Of a stretch of 64,000 nucleotides of DNA, positions 58,994 through 64,000 are shown piece by piece. The notes beneath the pieces were generated by a model. That model had not been told where the DNA came from. It worked only from the letters and a program-made list of their open reading frames with translations, and did not search any database. Within the stretch, counting starts at the first letter, position 1; each line of letters opens with the position of its first letter. A program made the position numbers and the translations under genes. The DNA comes from an uncultured Pseudomonadota bacterium (lineage in GTDB: Bacteria > Pseudomonadota > Gammaproteobacteria > Ga0077536). The stretch spans positions 31,910-95,909 of the forward strand of contig CACJXQ010000001.1 of assembly GCA_902597385.1 (NCBI GenBank), read 5' to 3'.

Positions 58994-61900
58994 CTACTGT
59001 AACTGACGCCAAGATTGTCTTCCTAAACTAGTACTCGCGCCGGTCACAGTACTAACGGTGGGATTAACCGATTGTGTGGAGGATTGGATCACGTAACTTT
59101 CGGTTGCATCGCCGCTCGATATTACGGTTACCGCCGAGACCGACTGTTGGCCCACCCGACCCGATACCGCCAAGCCACTGCTAGGATCGTTATCGGAGCT
59201 ATCTATTGTGCCATCATTATTTAGATCGAACACTGCAAATGATGTGCGAGATCCTGTAAGGGCATCAATTGCCATCAACGCCGACGATCCACCTACGCTT
59301 TGACATGATCCTCCAGGAACGAAGGTATTAAATAGCAGGAGCGCACTAGTTTGCGCAGTTCGTATTTGAGGGTCTGCTATTACTCTTTCTCCGGCTGGTC
59401 CGACGCTTCCTACTACTAAATCCATATACCAACCATTTTGACTTGAGTAGTCAACACTGTTATTTGAAGTGATCCTTATTTTTGATGTCTCTGTACCTAT
59501 CGTTTGGCTACTCTCACTAAGGATTGACTGAGGTTGTAATATGGAGTTTGGTTGTCCATTAGGTGGTAGAGCCCTGCTCGTAACTGAAGACACTGGTGAG
59601 CCGTTATCTCTTATTCCATAAAACGAATTGACTGCTACGCCTTCTTCAGAACCACTATCTACAATTTCATCGCCTTGAGAGAAGAACTTTCCCGTTCCAA
59701 ATAAAATGAGAAAACCGCCTTGAGGGTGGCTAGCGATTATTGGTTTCGTTGTTATAGGCTGGGCGGTACCAGATGGTGAAACTGCTTTGTAAAGTGGAAT
59801 ATTAGCCATTGCAACAGTCCAAGAATCTGCACTGCTTGAAGATAGGTCAAATTTCCATAGGTTCCCTTTCAAATCGCCCGCATAGGCCGAGTCAGCAATG
59901 AAGTCGCCATTTGTGTCTACAACTAAGGGTGTGCCCAGCCCATTATTTCCCTCTTCTCCCGTGGAGCCTGCGACTATTTTTTTCAGTAACGTACCGCTAG
60001 CTAGATCAATAATGAAAAGCTCTGGCTTTTCAGAGGAACTGTTATACCCATTGCCAATAACCACGACCCAAGAACCGTTATTAAGTCGAGCGATTTGAGG
60101 TTTGCCGATAACTTTGCCCATTTCGGGGTCCGCAAACTCCCATAAAATGTTATTCGTCGTAGGCGAGCTGATATTAGCAGTGTCAATTGCAAATATCGTA
60201 TTCCCGCCTCTTCCTAGAGTTCCGACAACAACATTCTTCCAAACGCCTCCTATAAAAGCGTCACTCGCGGTTAAAACTCCATCGACATAAAAGTCATGAT
60301 CATAGGTGGGATCGGTGAGTGAGGAGAGTTTTCCAAAAACCCCTTCCGGTACGTAGGCCATTACTTCTTCTCCACTGTTAGCGTCAAAGACGTGTAACAT
60401 CCCATCGTTGCTGCCAACAAAAACGGTATCAGTTATTCCTGATTTGGTGGCGAGATGAGTATTATAAGAACCTCCTTCTAAACCGGGGAGTTGATCAAAT
60501 GGGGCGCTGGCTTGTGCGCCAGTAATAGCTACCGGTGTTGAATGAACAATGTCTCCCAAAAGGGAGTTTCGGTTTCTCATTGTGCCACCTTGTGCTAATT
60601 CCAGAGATCTCTTGCCTCTGATGTAGTTGACTATATTTTCAGCATCAGGCCCTATAGTGGTTTTTTGGCTTGAAGATAGCTGACTAAATTGGAATTCGAT
60701 GCCACTTGGCGAGGATGCACTTTTATCGAAACTGAAAATTTTTCTGCTGCTTTCTAGGGGAATTAGAAGTGAGGCTTCCCATTGAGCTGCTCCAATCACG
60801 CCCTCTGTATTGATTGGGAAGGCAGAAAATGTACCCGACCAGTCCTCGCTATTGAAGGTGCCCTGAAATATAAGTGCATCAGTTTTTACTGATTGCGAGG
60901 TTGAGGCAGCAGCCGAAGCAGACCCGGTACGACTACCAATGTCGGCTAAAGCCGCAGACAGTGTGTCAATCAGTTGTTGTGGATTTTGACCAGGAAGATA
61001 TAGCCCTCGCGCGTTAAAAGCTGCATGCTGCATATCATCTACGGTGGTCTCTGAATCGGCCGCTGGCGTTGGCCAAGGAGGAGGAGGAGTAGAAGGATCA
61101 TGATTTGCAGGTATGGCACTTAAGGTTCCATTTAGGCCGTAGGAGACTGTATAGGTAACTAAGTGTTGTGCCGAATTCTCGTCAACGTCTGTGATCGTCG
61201 GGACATTATTTCCCAGTGTGGTAGATAAATCCTTTTCATAATATTTCATTGCGACATCGGCTAGTGTTGGAAAGACAAAGTCGCCATGAGGACCACCGTC
61301 GAAATCACTATTTCCATCTCCGTCTTCATTCCCTATGTCAGAAGGATTTGCCCCGTTCCAGAAGCCATCTGAGAAAAGTACATTAAAATTCTGCTGGCAC
61401 TCCCCACCCTCACTTTGCGAAAGAATTGGGCTGGCATTATCAAAACCCAAGGCCGAATGTGAAGCGCTATCGGTGGTATCAAAGTATCTTCCAACATCTC
61501 TTAATGTGGTTCTAAGGGGTGTAACACCTGAGGGCGTTATCTGAAAAAGATTTGCCATAAGATTATTTTTATTGCTTGGGTTCGTCATATCGGTGATCGC
61601 TGTTCCGACACCATTATTGTTTTGCAGAGTGGCAAGGCCCATTCTCGCTTGGGAAGTCGTAATTAATTGTGACATGGCTCTCTTCATTACGTATTCGCGT
61701 TTTCTATAGTAGGTAAACCAATTCGCGTAGTTGGTTTGTTCCGAAGAGCTCAGGTCGTCCACTCTGAAGAATCGTGAATCTCCACTGGATTCAATAAAAT
61801 CAAATCGATCGCGATAAAAAGTGGCAGTTACTGGTGCACTTAAACATTCACAAAGTTGCATTTCACCGTCGAGATTTCTTGCTTGGGAGATGGAATTAAA

Positions 61901-62485
61901 AGCGTTATTCCAGGCGAGGTCAGTGCGGCACGAACCATTATCAACAAACGTGCTATACCATGCAGGTCTATTAGAAAATTGGCCGATTCTGTCGTCAAAG
62001 ATGTTCAGTAAATTGGTGCTTCCTTCCGCGGGATTGAATGGATTATTTAAGGCCGATGAGATGCTCTGATCAGCATAAGCCACTCCGGAATTATTCACTC
62101 CTGACCACGGTGTATAAGTTTGAGCTGGGTCATAGGTCATTAGGTTGTAGGCGGGACATAGGTCCAGATCCATAAACCACTCGTCAGGGGAGAGATCGAT
62201 GAGCCTGATCTGAGAGAGGCCTAATACAGCTCCGAAAATAGAATTGAAGGGAATGAGAGACTCAAGTGCCGCATTTGCCTCGTCGGTGTTTAATACTTCG
62301 GAGTCCATAGAGCCGGAGTCGTCTAATGCGAAAAAGATGTTCGCTTGAACATCGTTAGCCAAAAATAGCGGTTTAGGAGGGATTGTAAAAACAGCAAATG
62401 CGTTTTTGACTAAAAATAGTGAGAAGAGTGTTAACAATACAACGAAGTGCTTTACGCTACCTCGAGGAAACAAAATTTTTTTCAT
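58994..62485 (-). CDS. pilY1: Type IV pilus tip adhesin PilY1/PilC
   Basis: Signal peptide, vWA-like DDSGSM, NYANWFTYY, LGDIVHS, GSNDGMLH, Ca-loops DTNGDFIAD and DLNNDGTID, C-terminal GRQSWRQL. Confidence 0.93.
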   Translation of the reverse strand: MKKILFPRGSVKHFVVLLTLFSLFLVKNAFAVFTIPPKPLFLANDVQANIFFALDDSGSMDSEVLNTDEANAALESLIPFNSIFGAVLGLSQIRLIDLSPDEWFMDLDLCPAYNLMTYDPAQTYTPWSGVNNSGVAYADQSISSALNNPFNPAEGSTNLLNIFDDRIGQFSNRPAWYSTFVDNGSCRTDLAWNNAFNSISQARNLDGEMQLCECLSAPVTATFYRDRFDFIESSGDSRFFRVDDLSSSEQTNYANWFTYYRKREYVMKRAMSQLITTSQARMGLATLQNNNGVGTAITDMTNPSNKNNLMANLFQITPSGVTPLRTTLRDVGRYFDTTDSASHSALGFDNASPILSQSEGGECQQNFNVLFSDGFWNGANPSDIGNEDGDGNSDFDGGPHGDFVFPTLADVAMKYYEKDLSTTLGNNVPTITDVDENSAQHLVTYTVSYGLNGTLSAIPANHDPSTPPPPWPTPAADSETTVDDMQHAAFNARGLYLPGQNPQQLIDTLSAALADIGSRTGSASAAASTSQSVKTDALIFQGTFNSEDWSGTFSAFPINTEGVIGAAQWEASLLIPLESSRKIFSFDKSASSPSGIEFQFSQLSSSQKTTIGPDAENIVNYIRGKRSLELAQGGTMRNRNSLLGDIVHSTPVAITGAQASAPFDQLPGLEGGSYNTHLATKSGITDTVFVGSNDGMLHVFDANSGEEVMAYVPEGVFGKLSSLTDPTYDHDFYVDGVLTASDAFIGGVWKNVVVGTLGRGGNTIFAIDTANISSPTTNNILWEFADPEMGKVIGKPQIARLNNGSWVVVIGNGYNSSSEKPELFIIDLASGTLLKKIVAGSTGEEGNNGLGTPLVVDTNGDFIADSAYAGDLKGNLWKFDLSSSSADSWTVAMANIPLYKAVSPSGTAQPITTKPIIASHPQGGFLILFGTGKFFSQGDEIVDSGSEEGVAVNSFYGIRDNGSPVSSVTSRALPPNGQPNSILQPQSILSESSQTIGTETSKIRITSNNSVDYSSQNGWYMDLVVGSVGPAGERVIADPQIRTAQTSALLLFNTFVPGGSCQSVGGSSALMAIDALTGSRTSFAVFDLNNDGTIDSSDNDPSSGLAVSGRVGQQSVSAVTVISSGDATESYVIQSSTQSVNPTVSTVTGASTSLGRQSWRQLQ

Positions 62486-62528
62486 AATGTAGGTCTCATT
62501 GAAGCTTTCTGCTGTACATTTTTGATTC

Positions 62529-63038
62529 TCATTTTCTCGATAGGAGAGTAGATTGGACCATGGAGTTAGTTTGAGTATTTAAGCCAGAACCTTGTGCTGT
62601 GACTCTATAGTTGTAGCGCCAACAATCTTGATTTGCACTAGCGTCTACATCCAGAGCACAGTTGTCATCCCGTGGGACGGCGCCGGTTAATTCCATAATA
62701 TAGCTGGGTTGTTGGTTAACGCCAATAACTGTACCTGGAGTTAGCGTTACCCACGAAGCAAGTAGGCTGCTATCAAGCCAAACAGGCGAGGTTGGGTTAG
62801 GGGCGAAGAGTCCAGATATCCCGAAAGCTGACCCGAGCGGTAGATTGTCTGCAACTGACTCACCTGTTCTGAGGGCCGCTTCGCTACTATCAAAAGATAT
62901 TTGCTTACTGCGCGTAAAACCAGTCAATCGCTCTTCGACAACCGTGGTTTTCATCGCGGCTGTTCCCAGGATAGTCAAAATCAATAACACAACAAGCGAT
63001 ATTATTAATACCATCCCTCTTTCTTGTGTGTTTTTCAT
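62529..63038 (-). CDS. pilX: Type IV minor pilin PilX
   Basis: QERG|MVLIISLVVLLILTILG (no Glu5), EAALR.GE, YRVTAQG. Confidence 0.9.
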   Translation of the reverse strand: MKNTQERGMVLIISLVVLLILTILGTAAMKTTVVEERLTGFTRSKQISFDSSEAALRTGESVADNLPLGSAFGISGLFAPNPTSPVWLDSSLLASWVTLTPGTVIGVNQQPSYIMELTGAVPRDDNCALDVDASANQDCWRYNYRVTAQGSGLNTQTNSMVQSTLLSRK

Positions 63039-63039
63039 A

Positions 63040-64000
63040 TCAGGGCACTCTGTTGCGTAATCCGACAGTAGTGAAAAATTGTAATCTCAAGCGGCGGTCT
63101 GCGCCAGCCCCAGTATTGAAATTATCGCCTAAAAAATTGACGGCGACAGGCGAATCGGTTAAGAAATCTGTTTCGCTTTTAATTAGCAGTCCTATTCTAA
63201 TGCTAACTACTCGATTAAAGTCTGTCACTTCAGTAGCGGAAGCACGATAGATATCCGCAAATTCATCGCCTTGGGTGTCTTCTCCGTATAGAAACTGTAA
63301 CGATTCAACACCTCTCGCGATGGGTACAGCTTCAGGTGTAGAATTTTGATCTACAATGCCTAAGCGATATAATGTTGCGATGGGGTCAATTGTACCATCG
63401 TTGTTTCTATCTTTATTATCTGTTGCGAGGAAATAGGTGGAGCCTATAATTGGTGTCACAAAGGAATCGGCCGAATAGCTGTGTTGCAAACTTGTATTAG
63501 GTGTAAGGGTTGGGCCTGTTATAGAAGTTAAGCGAAAAAGATCTGCTCGCTGACAATCTGTAATCAGCATTAGGTCCTCCTGAAGAGGAGGAGTGCCGTT
63601 GAGCGCTATTCCTGGGAAATATGAATTAATATCAGCAGGACTCACAGTGACATCATCGCTTTTGCTCGTCATGGAAACTGTGGTAACCCCTATCGTAGGT
63701 GAGCTTTGTATAATTTGTAATACATCACTCACTCTGCAGGTGGCATTGTTCCCAAACGCAGCATTACAAATTGTCAGTGCTTGAGCAAAACTGTCACGAA
63801 TCGGCGCACCAGGAGGATTAAAACCCGTACCGCTGTCAAAGCCGAGAAGATGTTGTGAAGTTGAGATATCTGGCGGATTATTATTGGCAACGTTATTAAT
63901 GGCTATCTGTCTTCTACTGGCGCATCCCGTATATCCTGCCATTCTTATATCCCTGGACATTTCCTCCAACGCTAAGCGTCCATTATCTTGCATCCTTGTA
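63040..64000 (-). CDS. pilW: Type IV minor pilin PilW, partial (N-terminus beyond the window)
   Basis: QDNGRLALEEMSRDIRMAGYTGC, GVESLQFLYGED, VVSIRIGLL, TVGLRN. Confidence 0.9.
   Translation of the reverse strand, partial: TRMQDNGRLALEEMSRDIRMAGYTGCASRRQIAINNVANNNPPDISTSQHLLGFDSGTGFNPPGAPIRDSFAQALTICNAAFGNNATCRVSDVLQIIQSSPTIGVTTVSMTSKSDDVTVSPADINSYFPGIALNGTPPLQEDLMLITDCQRADLFRLTSITGPTLTPNTSLQHSYSADSFVTPIIGSTYFLATDNKDRNNDGTIDPIATLYRLGIVDQNSTPEAVPIARGVESLQFLYGEDTQGDEFADIYRASATEVTDFNRVVSIRIGLLIKSETDFLTDSPVAVNFLGDNFNTGAGADRRLRLQFFTTVGLRNRVP

Noticed and set aside
1..64000. CRISPR arrays, rRNA, transposases, integrases, known defence systems
   Set aside because: None seen by eye or in the ORF track. 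The PD-(D/E)XK Fe-S nuclease is explained as AddB rather than Cas4.

Overview
Gene-dense bacterial chromosomal window. The yggX-mutY-asmA block, the pilW/X/Y1/E cluster and the tRNA-Phe sequence suggest a Gammaproteobacterium. The many uncharacterised small proteins and the moderately low GC would fit a marine lineage (inference). The left third (1-20.4 kb) is accessory metabolism: MFS transporters, TauD and PhyH dioxygenases, an LLM oxidoreductase, an HxlR/yqjG/pirin redox locus, an N-acyl-D-amino-acid deacylase and a panD remnant. At 20.7-22.3 kb a tRNA-Phe(GAA) gene has a 47-bp duplicate of its 3' half about 1.5 kb downstream. The two copies bound a tiny integrase-less island with paired TGG(C/T)GTAAA repeats inside both ends and only small secreted or membrane proteins as cargo. 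Core genes follow: yggX, mutY, asmA, argH, rsmE, addB/addA-like, dksA, two c-type cytochromes, an RND pump and gltA. Next come an oxygenase/CoA cluster, 5-oxoprolinase, glpK, a GDPD, chaC and type IV minor pilins. The strongest novelty candidates are the non-autonomous tRNA-Phe mini-element, an unannotated 43-aa CDGSH-like protein heading the yqjG-pirin operon, and a basic Asn-heptad (N@d) coiled-coil protein. All product calls come from motif recognition by eye; no database search was run.
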